Assembly: GCF_030528405.1 (NCBI RefSeq) | Contig: NZ_JAUMYY010000001.1 | Span: 10,840-74,839 of the forward strand | Reading direction: 5' to 3' | Source: Fusobacterium sp. | GTDB taxonomy: Bacteria > Fusobacteriota > Fusobacteriia > Fusobacteriales > Fusobacteriaceae | DNA: 64,000 nucleotides | Part shown: positions 32,376-41,922 of the stretch, in pieces | Numbering within the stretch: position 1 is the stretch's first letter | Layout: the number at the start of each line of letters is the position of its first letter | Program-made: the position numbers and the translations under genes | Notes under the pieces: model-generated | Database searches by the model: none | The model's input: only the letters and a program-made list of their open reading frames with translations | What the model was told of the DNA's origin: nothing

Positions 32376-33823
32376 TGAGAAGATCAAAAATAAATCCTTT
32401 AATTGATATTAATTATATAAAGACCACTCCTGAAAATGTATATTTTGATGTTAAATCTTCAAGAATAAAATCCAAAGATTTAGCAACTCATTTTTCAGCT
32501 TTCGCTAATGCTGGAGGTGGAGTAATCGTTGTTGGAGTTAGTGACAATAGAGAATTTGAGGGTTTTATAAATATATCAATTGAAGATTATAATAATATCA
32601 TTTCAGCACCTAAAAACTGTTGTTCGCCTATGCCTAATTATGATGTTGAAGAGCTTGAAATTATTAACAAAGAAGGAAAAAAAGATAAAATTGTTATATT
32701 TCATATTGAAACTGAAATAAATAGAATAATCCGTACAACAGATAATAAAACATATCTAAGAATTGCTAACAAGACTAAAGAACTTAGAGGTGAAGATTTA
32801 ATAAATTTAGAATATGCTAAGAATAGAAGAAAATACGAGGATGAGATAAATGAATATGCCACATTAGAAGATTTAGATTTCAAACTTTTAGAGGAATATA
32901 AAGAAAAAATATCAGCTAAACATCTAAAAGTAGAGGAAGTTTTAAGAGCCAGAGGTTTTTTAGTTAAAGAAAAAGGAAAAAATTATTTAACAAATGGTGC
33001 ATTACTTTTATTCGCAAAAAATATTTTTCAATTTTATCCTAATTGTCGAGTCAGATTTATTAGATATGAGGGTAACTCTATGGAAGTTGGCACAAGAATG
33101 AACGTTTTAAAGGACCAAAACATAGAAGATTGTATATTAAATATAATTCCGAAAGCAATTAACTTCATTTCTACTCAGTTGAGAGAATTTATAAGTCTTG
33201 ATAAGGAAAGTGGTAAATTTAAGACAATTCCAGAATACCCTGAATTTGCATGGACAGAAGGAATTGTAAATGCAGTAACTCATAGAGAATACTCACTTCA
33301 AGGAATTCATATTGTTGTTTCTATGTATGATGATAGGTTAGAAATATTGAGTCCAGGTAAATTGCCAAGTATAGTTACATTAGAGAATATAAAAGAAACA
33401 AGATATTCAAGAAACTCAAGAATTGCAAGAGTATTGACTGAATTTGGATGGGTAAGAGAACTAAATGAAGGTGTAAAAAGAATTTATGAAGAAATGAAAA
33501 TATTTTTTCTAGATGAACCAGAATATTATGAAACTGGAGAAAGTGTAAAGTTAGTATTAAAAAACAATATTGTTATGAGGAAGTTGAGGCAAAGCATTAG
33601 ATTAGAAGAAATGGTGTCAGAAGAATTATGGAAAACATTTGATAAAATAGATAAAAATATTTTAATTTATATTACTGGAAGAGGAAGAACCAACAGAAAA
33701 GAAATTGAAAAAGAAATTTTAAAATCAACAGCAACTGTAAATAGAAGATTAAAGAGATTGATAGAATTAGGAGTAATAGAGAAGGATATTCATAATTATA
33801 TTCAAATGAAAATAGAAAAGTAG
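32375..33823 (+). CDS. AlbA_2 (Schlafen-like divergent AAA) plus HATPase_c_4 ATP-binding protein with C-terminal HTH
   Basis: domain pattern typical of 'putative transcriptional regulator/ATP-binding protein (RecG-C-like)'; GTG start overlaps the sirC stop (TAGTG). Confidence 0.6.
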   Translation: MRRSKINPLIDINYIKTTPENVYFDVKSSRIKSKDLATHFSAFANAGGGVIVVGVSDNREFEGFINISIEDYNNIISAPKNCCSPMPNYDVEELEIINKEGKKDKIVIFHIETEINRIIRTTDNKTYLRIANKTKELRGEDLINLEYAKNRRKYEDEINEYATLEDLDFKLLEEYKEKISAKHLKVEEVLRARGFLVKEKGKNYLTNGALLLFAKNIFQFYPNCRVRFIRYEGNSMEVGTRMNVLKDQNIEDCILNIIPKAINFISTQLREFISLDKESGKFKTIPEYPEFAWTEGIVNAVTHREYSLQGIHIVVSMYDDRLEILSPGKLPSIVTLENIKETRYSRNSRIARVLTEFGWVRELNEGVKRIYEEMKIFFLDEPEYYETGESVKLVLKNNIVMRKLRQSIRLEEMVSEELWKTFDKIDKNILIYITGRGRTNRKEIEKEILKSTATVNRRLKRLIELGVIEKDIHNYIQMKIEK

Positions 33824-33842
33824 TATTATTAATAAAAAAATA

Positions 33843-34060
33843 TTGATGAGCAGCAAAAAGCTATAAATGAGCAGCTAAAGTTGTCAAAAAGCTAAAAACA
33901 TAAAATTTTACTAGTAAAATCAATAAAAATTGATGAGCAGCAAAAAGCTATAAATGAGCAGCTAAAGTTGTCAAAAAGCTAAAAACATAAAATTTTACTA
34001 GTAAAATCAATAAAAATTGATGAGCAGCAAAAAGCTATAGATGAGCAACTAAAATTATTA
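33843..34060. repeat. 87-bp tandem direct repeat, 2.5 copies, each with the perfect palindrome ATTTTACTAGTAAAAT
   Basis: copies at 33843-33929 and 33930-34016, plus a diverged partial third copy from 34017. Confidence 0.9.
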
Positions 34061-34084
34061 ATTTTATAAAGGAGTTGATTTATA

Positions 34085-34462
34085 ATGAAAAAAATTATTA
34101 ACACTGTAAATGCACCTGCAGCAATTGGACCTTATTCTCAAGCGATTGAAGTAAATGGAACCCTTTATGTGTCAGGGCAAATTCCATTTGTACCATCCAC
34201 AATGACTTTAATTTCTGACTGTGTTGAAGAACAAACAACACAATCTTTAGAAAACGTTGGAGCTATTTTAAAAGAAGCTGGTTATGATTTTAAAGATGTA
34301 GTAAAAGCTACTGTTTTTATCAAAGATATGAATGACTTTGTTAAAATAAATGGAGTTTATGAAAAATATCTGGGAGATGTAAAACCTGCAAGAGCTTGTG
34401 TAGAAGTGGCAAGACTACCAAAAGACGTAAAAGTTGAAATAGAGGTTATAGCTGTTAAATAA
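34085..34462 (+). CDS. ridA: RidA/YjgF-family reactive intermediate deaminase
   Basis: RidA signature (AIGPYSQAIEV...FIKDMNDF), 125 aa. Confidence 0.85.
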   Translation: MKKIINTVNAPAAIGPYSQAIEVNGTLYVSGQIPFVPSTMTLISDCVEEQTTQSLENVGAILKEAGYDFKDVVKATVFIKDMNDFVKINGVYEKYLGDVKPARACVEVARLPKDVKVEIEVIAVK

Positions 34463-34725
34463 GTACTTGCCTTTATTGAATATTTTAGAAAAAATAAAAT
34501 ATGCGTCAGTATTACAATAAAAATAAAAGAGCTTACTATAAAATAGATTTTTTAAGTTTTTAAGGTCACAAATATACCAGATTACTGCAGTTTTTGGACA
34601 TTAACAATTATAAGGCTTATTTAATCATTAATTTTAATAAGCTCTTTTTGTTTTAATTTCTCCTTTTATAAGATTTATAAAGAATAAGTATGAAAATAAC
34701 TATTAAATTTTAAGGGGGTATTTAT

Positions 34726-36171
34726 ATGATTGTAATAAGAAAACCTAAAATTTGGGAAGCTTTGGTTCCGATTATAGGAATGGCAATTATTATTGTTTAT
34801 TCAATGATAGTTTTAAAAATTGATCCTCATATACCTATTGTCATATCAACCGTACTTGCAGGAATTATGGCATTAAAGGTAGGTTGTACTTGGTTTGAAA
34901 TTAGAGATGGAATGATTGAAAGTATTTACCGTGCTGTGGAAGCCTTAGTTATTGTTATGATAGTAGGAATGCTTATAGGTTCATGGGTTTTAGCAGGTTC
35001 TGTACCAGCTATGATCTTTTATGGTTTAGAGTTGATTTCGCCTAAATATTTTCTGCCTACAGGTTGTATCCTATGTGCTATTGTATCAGTAGCAACTGGT
35101 AGTGCTTGGACATCAGGAGGAACAATAGGTGTTGCACTTATGGGGATAGGAACTGGTTTGGGGATAAATCCAGCTCTAACAGCAGGTATGGTTGTATCAG
35201 GAGCATATTTCGGAGACAAAATTTCTCCTTTATCTGACAGTACAAATGTCGCAGCGGCAGCAGCAGAAACTGATTTATATCTTCACGTGAAATCCATGAT
35301 GTATACAACAGTTCCCAGTTTTATAATTGCATTAGTTTTATATTTCATTGTTGGGCTGAAATATAATAGTTCTACAGTTAATTTAGAAAATATAACTTTA
35401 ATAAAAAATGCTCTTTCTTCAAGTTTTAATATTAGTCCTTGGCTATTAATACCACCAATTGTTGTACTTATAACAGCAGTAAAAAAAGTTCCAGCAATAC
35501 CTTCTCTTTTAATTGCAACAATTGTGGGTGGAATATTTGCAATAATATTTCAAAATGCAAGTTTTGTAGATGTATTAAATGTGTTGCAAGATGGTTATGT
35601 GGGTGAAACAAATATTGCAATTGTAGATAAACTGCTTACTAGAGGAGGAGTAAATGGAATGTTATGGACTATTTCCCTTATTATATTTGCTCTGTGTTTT
35701 GGTGGAATTTTAGAAAAAGCTAGATTTACAGAGGTAATACTAGAAAAATTGATTCAATATGTACATTCTGTAGGAAGTCTTGTAGCTACGACTATAGTAA
35801 CAGGGATTCTTTGTGATTTTGTTTTAACAGATCAATATTTAGCAAATATAATACCTGGAAGAATGTTTTATAAAGTTTATGATGATATGGGATTAGAGAG
35901 ATATTATCTTTCAAGGACCTTAGAAGATGGTGGTTCATTATGGTCACCAATGTTTCCTTGGAATGGTTGCGGTGCATATCAATCAGCTACTTTAGGAGTG
36001 CCTACTTTTTCATATTTTCCATACGTATTTTTAAGTTTAATAAATCCAATCGTTTCAATTTTTATGGCTTATATGGGAATTGCAGTATTTAGAAAGAAAC
36101 TTGAAGAAAATGGAATTGAAATTATAGAAGTAGAAAATTTAAATGAATTGGATAATATAAGAAATAGATAA
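34726..36171 (+). CDS. NhaC-family transporter (second copy)
   Basis: paralog of the 19121 gene, with shared NhaC-family signature. Confidence 0.7.
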   Translation: MIVIRKPKIWEALVPIIGMAIIIVYSMIVLKIDPHIPIVISTVLAGIMALKVGCTWFEIRDGMIESIYRAVEALVIVMIVGMLIGSWVLAGSVPAMIFYGLELISPKYFLPTGCILCAIVSVATGSAWTSGGTIGVALMGIGTGLGINPALTAGMVVSGAYFGDKISPLSDSTNVAAAAAETDLYLHVKSMMYTTVPSFIIALVLYFIVGLKYNSSTVNLENITLIKNALSSSFNISPWLLIPPIVVLITAVKKVPAIPSLLIATIVGGIFAIIFQNASFVDVLNVLQDGYVGETNIAIVDKLLTRGGVNGMLWTISLIIFALCFGGILEKARFTEVILEKLIQYVHSVGSLVATTIVTGILCDFVLTDQYLANIIPGRMFYKVYDDMGLERYYLSRTLEDGGSLWSPMFPWNGCGAYQSATLGVPTFSYFPYVFLSLINPIVSIFMAYMGIAVFRKKLEENGIEIIEVENLNELDNIRNR

Positions 36172-36313
36172 TAAAAAAATATGAAAATATTTAAATTTAA
36201 ATGTAATAAAAAATTACAATATATAGTTAAAATTATTTTGACAATTTATATATATATTGTATAATAAAATCATAGCTGGTATTAAAAATAAATTTAAAAG
36301 GATGTGGTATGTT

Positions 36314-37342
36314 ATGAAAAAGTTTTTAAGTTTTTTATTTGTAATTTTTACAGCAACTTTTATGTTTTCTTGTCGTCCTTCTGATTCAGGTTCTGGGACA
36401 CAAAAAGCTGATGAACCTATAGTTATAAAAATAGGTCATACAGACTCTAGTTCTCGTTCTACAAATATTTGGAGTTTGGAGCTAGGAAAAATTTTAGAGG
36501 AAAAAGCTCCAGGAAAATTCAAGATTGAGGTTTATCCTGATGGACAATTAGGAGATACACCAGACTTGGTAGCAGGAGTAAAATTAGGTACTGTTACTAT
36601 GATGTTTGATTTATCGGCAGCAGTTACAGCAGCAGCTGGTCCAGAATCTGCATGTATAGATTTACCTTATTTATATCCAACTTATGAAGATTGGATAAAG
36701 GGAACTTTTGAAAATGGTGGATTGCAAGTATTCAATGAATATTTGGCAAAACAAGGTTATTATTGTATAGATATGTATTATAATGGAATGAGACAAGTTG
36801 CCAGTGTTAAAAAGAATTACCATAATTCAGATGACTTAAAAGGTCAAAAAGTTAGGATTGCTCAAAATGAATTAAATGTTGCTATGTGGGATGCTATGGG
36901 AGCAAATCCAACTCCTATGTCATGGGGAGAAGTTATAACTTCACTATCACAGGGGACGATAGATGCACTTGATCACTCATTAGGTGTATTCAATGACTTT
37001 TCATTGCATAAAATAGCTCCTTATATAACATTGACTAACCATGCAAGTTCTCCATTTCCGATAGTTTGTTCTTTAGATTGGATAAATTCACTACCTCAAG
37101 ACTTAAGAACTACTTTAGAGGAAGCAGTTAAAGAAATTGCAAAGAAACAAAGAGATGAAGAAAGAGGAAATGAGTTAAAATACATAGAAAGATTTAAAAA
37201 TGAAGGTGCTACTGTCCAAGAATTAACGGCTGATGAAATAGTAGCTTTTCAAGAAAAAGTTAAACCCGTATATGATAATTGGAGAAAGAAAGTTGGGGAC
37301 GAAGTTATGGATAAATGGTTAGCAACAGTTCCTAAAAAATAA
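36314..37342 (+). CDS. dctP: TRAP transporter substrate-binding protein (DctP family), lipoprotein
   Basis: DctP-family fold; lipoprotein signal ending FSC; start ATG 36314 preferred over the upstream in-frame Met. Confidence 0.75.
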   Translation: MKKFLSFLFVIFTATFMFSCRPSDSGSGTQKADEPIVIKIGHTDSSSRSTNIWSLELGKILEEKAPGKFKIEVYPDGQLGDTPDLVAGVKLGTVTMMFDLSAAVTAAAGPESACIDLPYLYPTYEDWIKGTFENGGLQVFNEYLAKQGYYCIDMYYNGMRQVASVKKNYHNSDDLKGQKVRIAQNELNVAMWDAMGANPTPMSWGEVITSLSQGTIDALDHSLGVFNDFSLHKIAPYITLTNHASSPFPIVCSLDWINSLPQDLRTTLEEAVKEIAKKQRDEERGNELKYIERFKNEGATVQELTADEIVAFQEKVKPVYDNWRKKVGDEVMDKWLATVPKK

Positions 37343-37355
37343 TTAGGGTGAAATT

Positions 37356-37847
37356 ATGAAGAAGAAAAACAAAATAGTAAATTTTCTTGATAGTTTAGAG
37401 GAAATTGTTTTAGTAATAATGTTTGCACTTATGGTTCTAGTAATTTTTGGTCAAGTTATTATGAGATATGTTTTTAATAATTCACTATCTTGGTCTGAGG
37501 AATTAGGAAAGTTTTTGTTTGTTTGGATTTCGTGGATAGGAATAAGTATAGGTGCAAAGAGAAAAGAACATATAAAGATAACGATGTTTGTAGATAAATG
37601 TTCACCTAGGAATGCATTAATTTGTGAAATTTTATCAGAAGCTGTTGTATTTGGTATTTGTGCTGTAACAGCATATTATGGAATGGAACTTGTAATTTCA
37701 CAGGCTCATATTAATTTCGCTGGAATAAAAATTAGTATGTCTTGGGGCTATTTATCAGTTGTAATAGGCTGCATAATAATGATGCTAAGGAATTTAATAA
37801 TAATAAAATCTTCCTTCAATTCTTTAAGAAAAGGAGGGGATGTATAG
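37356..37847 (+). CDS. dctQ: TRAP transporter small permease (DctQ)
   Basis: 163-aa four-TM protein positioned between dctP and dctM. Confidence 0.75.
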   Translation: MKKKNKIVNFLDSLEEIVLVIMFALMVLVIFGQVIMRYVFNNSLSWSEELGKFLFVWISWIGISIGAKRKEHIKITMFVDKCSPRNALICEILSEAVVFGICAVTAYYGMELVISQAHINFAGIKISMSWGYLSVVIGCIIMMLRNLIIIKSSFNSLRKGGDV

Positions 37848-39151
37848 TGACTTTTTTAGTACTTTTTATAGTCTTATTTTTGATGTTAATGATAGGAGTG
37901 CCAGTTGGTTTTGCTATTGGTGGAGCTACAATGGTTTCCATGTATTTTTGTTCCAATTTAAATATGGTTGTAAATGCTCAATATTGTTTTTCAGGGATAA
38001 ATTCATTTACAGTTATGGCAATTCCTTTCTTTATGCTAGCTGGATTAATTATGTCAACTGGAGGTATAGCTAAAAGAATTGTTGCTTTTGCTTCAGCACT
38101 GATAGATTTTGTGACAGGAGCATTAGGTTGTGTTACAATTTTAGCATGTATGTTTTTTGGGGCTTTATCTGGTTCTGGTATGGCAACTACCTCAGCCATT
38201 GGTGGAATGATGATACCAGAGATGAAGAAAAAGGGTTATCCTTCTGAATATGCAGCTACTTTAGTTTGTTTTGGTGGAATAGTGGGACCTATCATTCCTC
38301 CTAGCCTGTCTTTTGTACTTTATGGAGCAACAACAAATACTCCTGTTCCAAGTTTATTTTTAGCAGGAGTTTTACCAGGAATCCTGTTAGGGTTGGTATT
38401 TTTAACTATAAATATAGTTTTTTGTAAAAAAAATAAAATAGAAGTGAGGGAAAGGGAAGAAGAAGGAGATACTCTAGCCGAGATATTAAAAAATAGATTG
38501 AAGAGAATATGGCTTGCAACAAAAGAAGGAATTTGGGCGTTATTATCACCAACAATTATTTTAGGTGGAATTTATTCAGGAGTTTTTACTCCAACTGAAG
38601 CTGCCTGTGTTTCAGTTGTTTATTCTGCATTGGTAAGTTATTTTGTGTATAAAGATTTAAATTTAAAAGCACTTTATAATACACTTTTAGATGCAGCAGT
38701 CCTAAATGGAATAACTTCATTTTTACTAGGTTATTCAACAGTTTTCTCTACATTTATGACTTTTGAAAAAGTTCCACAAATGATTTCAACATTTTTGACA
38801 ACAGTGTCAGATAGTCCTTTTGTAATTCTATTTTTTATAAATTTAATACTTCTATTCATTGGATTATTTTTGGATACGGTTCCAGCAATAATAGTAATGG
38901 CTCCAATGCTTTTACCAACAGTAAAATCATTAGGAATAAATCCTGTTCACTTTGGAGTTATAATGGCAGTAAATTTAGCTATAGGACTTTGTACGCCACC
39001 TTATGGCTGTAATCTTTTTGTAGGAGCTGCTGTTGCTAAAATAAAGTTAGATAGTATGTTTAGGTTAATTATACCTTTCTTTTTAGCAGCTATTGTCGCT
39101 CTTGCTATGATAACTTATATTCCATGGCTATCATTGGTTTTTATAAAATAA
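37847..39151 (+). CDS. dctM: TRAP transporter large permease (DctM)
   Basis: DctM family; likely GTG start at 37847 overlapping the dctQ stop (TAGTG). The ORF-track N-terminus from 37742 is the dctQ overlap. Confidence 0.75.
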   Translation: MTFLVLFIVLFLMLMIGVPVGFAIGGATMVSMYFCSNLNMVVNAQYCFSGINSFTVMAIPFFMLAGLIMSTGGIAKRIVAFASALIDFVTGALGCVTILACMFFGALSGSGMATTSAIGGMMIPEMKKKGYPSEYAATLVCFGGIVGPIIPPSLSFVLYGATTNTPVPSLFLAGVLPGILLGLVFLTINIVFCKKNKIEVREREEEGDTLAEILKNRLKRIWLATKEGIWALLSPTIILGGIYSGVFTPTEAACVSVVYSALVSYFVYKDLNLKALYNTLLDAAVLNGITSFLLGYSTVFSTFMTFEKVPQMISTFLTTVSDSPFVILFFINLILLFIGLFLDTVPAIIVMAPMLLPTVKSLGINPVHFGVIMAVNLAIGLCTPPYGCNLFVGAAVAKIKLDSMFRLIIPFFLAAIVALAMITYIPWLSLVFIK

Positions 39152-39162
39152 AAATAAATTAG

Positions 39163-39215
39163 GGAGTTTATTATTAATTGAAAAATTTATAATAACTTCC
39201 TTTTTTTATATTAAA
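39163..39215 (+). terminator. imperfect hairpin plus T-run terminator after dctM
   Basis: GGGAGTTTATTAT...ATAATAACTTCC followed by TTTTTTTAT. Confidence 0.45.
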
Positions 39216-39296
39216 GTTGTAAAATAAAGTGTATACACATAAAAATTATAAGGTTTTAGAAAACATGAATTTAAGATATTTTAATTTGGAGGAAAA

Positions 39297-39704
39297 ATGA
39301 GTAAAAGAATAGAAGATTGGAAAGAGGAGGAATACTATAAGTATAAAGACAAATTTTCAGATAATGCTTTTTGGAATAAATTAAAGAAAATTGCAAAAAA
39401 ATTAGGTTTAAAAAGCACGGCTTATGTTCTGACACTTTATTATGTACTTCAAAAACCTGAGGTTTCTAAAAAAGATAAGGCACTGATACTTGGCTGCTTG
39501 GGCTATTTTATCTTACCTTTCGATTTGGCACCTGATTTATTTCCTTTAGTTGGCTACAGTGATGATTTTATAGGAATGATTTTTGCTCTCAAAAGATGTT
39601 TAAATTATGTAAATGATGAGGTAAAAGAAAAGGTTGCCGAAAAGCTACTTTCTTGGTTTAAAGTTGAAAAGGACTATGTTGATGGGTTATTGGAAAATAT
39701 TTAA
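39297..39704 (+). CDS. DUF1232 (YkvA-like) protein
   Basis: signature ILPFDLAPDLFPLVGYSDDF. Confidence 0.7.
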   Translation: MSKRIEDWKEEEYYKYKDKFSDNAFWNKLKKIAKKLGLKSTAYVLTLYYVLQKPEVSKKDKALILGCLGYFILPFDLAPDLFPLVGYSDDFIGMIFALKRCLNYVNDEVKEKVAEKLLSWFKVEKDYVDGLLENI

Positions 39705-39768
39705 TTTAAGATAAGAGAGTAAGTAATATTATAAGAGAAAAAATAAAGAATTTAAAGGAGGTCTAAAA

Positions 39769-39996
39769 ATGGTAGTACCTATTTATCCTATATTTGCTGT
39801 GGTTGCTTTTTTGCCACTTATCATAGTTATTCCTATGTTTTTCTTAGTAAAAAAGACTATTCTTAAAAATGATGTAGCGACACATAAGCCTGGTCCAACA
39901 CCTAAAAGACTGATAGCCTTAGTTATTTTATTAATAACATATATAGTTCCTGTTGTGTTACTTTATAATTTCTTGATAACTAAAGTTTGGTGGTAA
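39769..39996 (+). CDS. small two-TM membrane protein
   Basis: 75 aa with two hydrophobic helices and a strong SD AAAGGAGG. Confidence 0.5.
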   Translation: MVVPIYPIFAVVAFLPLIIVIPMFFLVKKTILKNDVATHKPGPTPKRLIALVILLITYIVPVVLLYNFLITKVWW

Positions 39997-40018
39997 AATT
40001 AAAAAAGGAGTAGTCTAA

Positions 40019-40840
40019 ATGTCTGAGATAAAATTTAGATATAATAAGTATTCTGAAACTATGCTATATTTTATGGTTATTTCAGGTGTAATTTTAGGTT
40101 TTTTAATCTATACTATAATTATTTATTACTCTGGAATTATTAAAGGTCCAGAATATTTACCTCTATATTTGAAAAAATATAAAAAGTATGTCATATACCT
40201 AATATTTGGCTTAATTCCAATTTGTATGTTAGTACCTACTTACTTAGTAGCTAAGTATTGGGGGAGCAAAGAAGAAGAAGGAAGTATTAAACTTTATGAT
40301 GATTTTGCAATCTTGTATTGGGATGGACAAGAAATAAAAATTAATAAGGGGGAATTGAGTATCAAATTTATGTCGCCTCGCTTGCAGTGGTATGTACTTT
40401 ATATAATAAAGACACAAAAGAGGAAAATAAAATTATGTAGCTCTGTTATTGAATGGAAAGAGGATAAAGGCAATAGATTTGCTCTATCACTTGATATTGC
40501 AATGGATAAGCTTATGTATTATGAAAAAGGTGCAAAAATGAAAGAGCTGGAAGAAACTTTAGTTCATTTTTATGAATTGGAGATATTAATTGGAATAAGT
40601 ACTCCTGAGATTTTTGAAAATACTCAATATTATGTTGATTATGACAGTGTAGTTACTATACCTGAGGGAAGATTTGCCACTTGTTTAATAAGAGAAAGGG
40701 GAAATCTTATTCATGTGGTAGGAGATTTAGGAATTGATATAAGTTTATTGAGAATTGATCAGCTAAATGAAGAAAATTTAAAAAAACAAGTTATTACTGG
40801 AGTAATTGAATTGGATGAACAGGTAGACTTATATAATTAG
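40019..40840 (+). CDS. membrane protein with 2 TM helices plus a ~190-aa C-terminal soluble domain, unknown function
   Basis: strong SD AAGGAG; TM helices at residues ~15-37 and ~57-80. Confidence 0.5.
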   Translation: MSEIKFRYNKYSETMLYFMVISGVILGFLIYTIIIYYSGIIKGPEYLPLYLKKYKKYVIYLIFGLIPICMLVPTYLVAKYWGSKEEEGSIKLYDDFAILYWDGQEIKINKGELSIKFMSPRLQWYVLYIIKTQKRKIKLCSSVIEWKEDKGNRFALSLDIAMDKLMYYEKGAKMKELEETLVHFYELEILIGISTPEIFENTQYYVDYDSVVTIPEGRFATCLIRERGNLIHVVGDLGIDISLLRIDQLNEENLKKQVITGVIELDEQVDLYN

Positions 40841-40879
40841 CAATTACTAAAGTTTTATATTAATTTTAGGAGGCTAAAA

Positions 40880-41743
40880 ATGAAAAAAAATGAAAAGCTT
40901 GGCTTATGGACTTTAGTTATATGGAATCTAACAATATTTGGAATTTTAACAGTCTTATTTATAAAACTTTTATTAAGATTTGAGAGCAAAGCTTTGGTTG
41001 CTCAAGAAGAATATATTATTCTTGCTATGATAGGAATATTTATTATAGTAACTATAAAACCTACATTTAATAATATAAAAAAACTTTATCTACATTATAA
41101 AGTGGATATAAATGAAGAAGAAAACAAAGAAATATTTATATATGACTATGCATTTATGAAGATGTATCAAAAACTTAGTTTAAGAAGGATGTTTTTATCA
41201 ATAATGATACCTTTTTTATTTGTTTTTACTTCCATAGTAATAATTTATGTTTCTCTTTTTTCAAGTGGAGCATATTCCATAAGAGAAGCATTTAATTTTT
41301 GGGAGCCAGCATTTTCAATTATTCCGAAGAGAACTTTAATACTTGTTATTGCTGGGGCTCTTTTTTTGTTTTTTAAGATTTATTCAGGACAAAAATATAA
41401 GGAAAAGCTTCTTTTTAAAATTTATGATACGGCAACAGAGGAAGAAATAAAAATTTTAGATAGTATAGAGGAGAAGAAGTATAGTTATGTATTTACAAAA
41501 GAATTTTTAATAAATTGGGATGGAACTTTAAATATTATCCCATTAAAAGAGATAAAGGAGATAAAATATGTAAAATACTTTTATTTTCTAATATATGGTA
41601 TAAGATTGAGGATTAAAGCTAATAAAAAATATATAATTTGGGTTCATGGACCTTCTGAAGATGAATGGATAAAAAGAGGATTTTTATCAGCTGATAAAAG
41701 AACTGGAAAAAGTGTAAGTATGGATATAAATCTTTTTATATAG
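40880..41743 (+). CDS. membrane protein with 4 TM helices plus a C-terminal soluble domain, unknown function (possible bacterial-PH-like)
   Basis: strong SD AGGAGG; shares a WDG-containing block with the preceding protein. Confidence 0.5.
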   Translation: MKKNEKLGLWTLVIWNLTIFGILTVLFIKLLLRFESKALVAQEEYIILAMIGIFIIVTIKPTFNNIKKLYLHYKVDINEEENKEIFIYDYAFMKMYQKLSLRRMFLSIMIPFLFVFTSIVIIYVSLFSSGAYSIREAFNFWEPAFSIIPKRTLILVIAGALFLFFKIYSGQKYKEKLLFKIYDTATEEEIKILDSIEEKKYSYVFTKEFLINWDGTLNIIPLKEIKEIKYVKYFYFLIYGIRLRIKANKKYIIWVHGPSEDEWIKRGFLSADKRTGKSVSMDINLFI

Positions 41744-41922
41744 AATTAAGAAAAAATTTTTGTAATGTAATAAAAATATTTTATTTTTAAAACTAAAAAA
41801 TGTTAAAATTTAATACATAAAACTATTGCGTTTTTATTAATATTATATTACACTATAATGGTTGATTTTAAAGATGTAATTATTTTTAAAATTAAAATCA
41901 TTTTATTTTTTGGGGGGATTTT

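Noticed and set aside
33843-34060. Possibility that the tandem repeat is a CRISPR array
   Set aside because: The units are 87 bp, contiguous and without unique spacers, and there are no cas genes.
32375-34080. Possibility of an integrated mobile element or defence island
   Set aside because: No integrase, transposase, tRNA-flanked att sites or phage genes are present, only a single AlbA_2 gene plus the repeats.
37742-37846. Extended N-terminus of dctM (MGLFISCNRL...)
   Set aside because: It overlaps the dctQ coding frame; the GTG at 37847, right after the dctQ stop, gives a typical DctM N-terminus.
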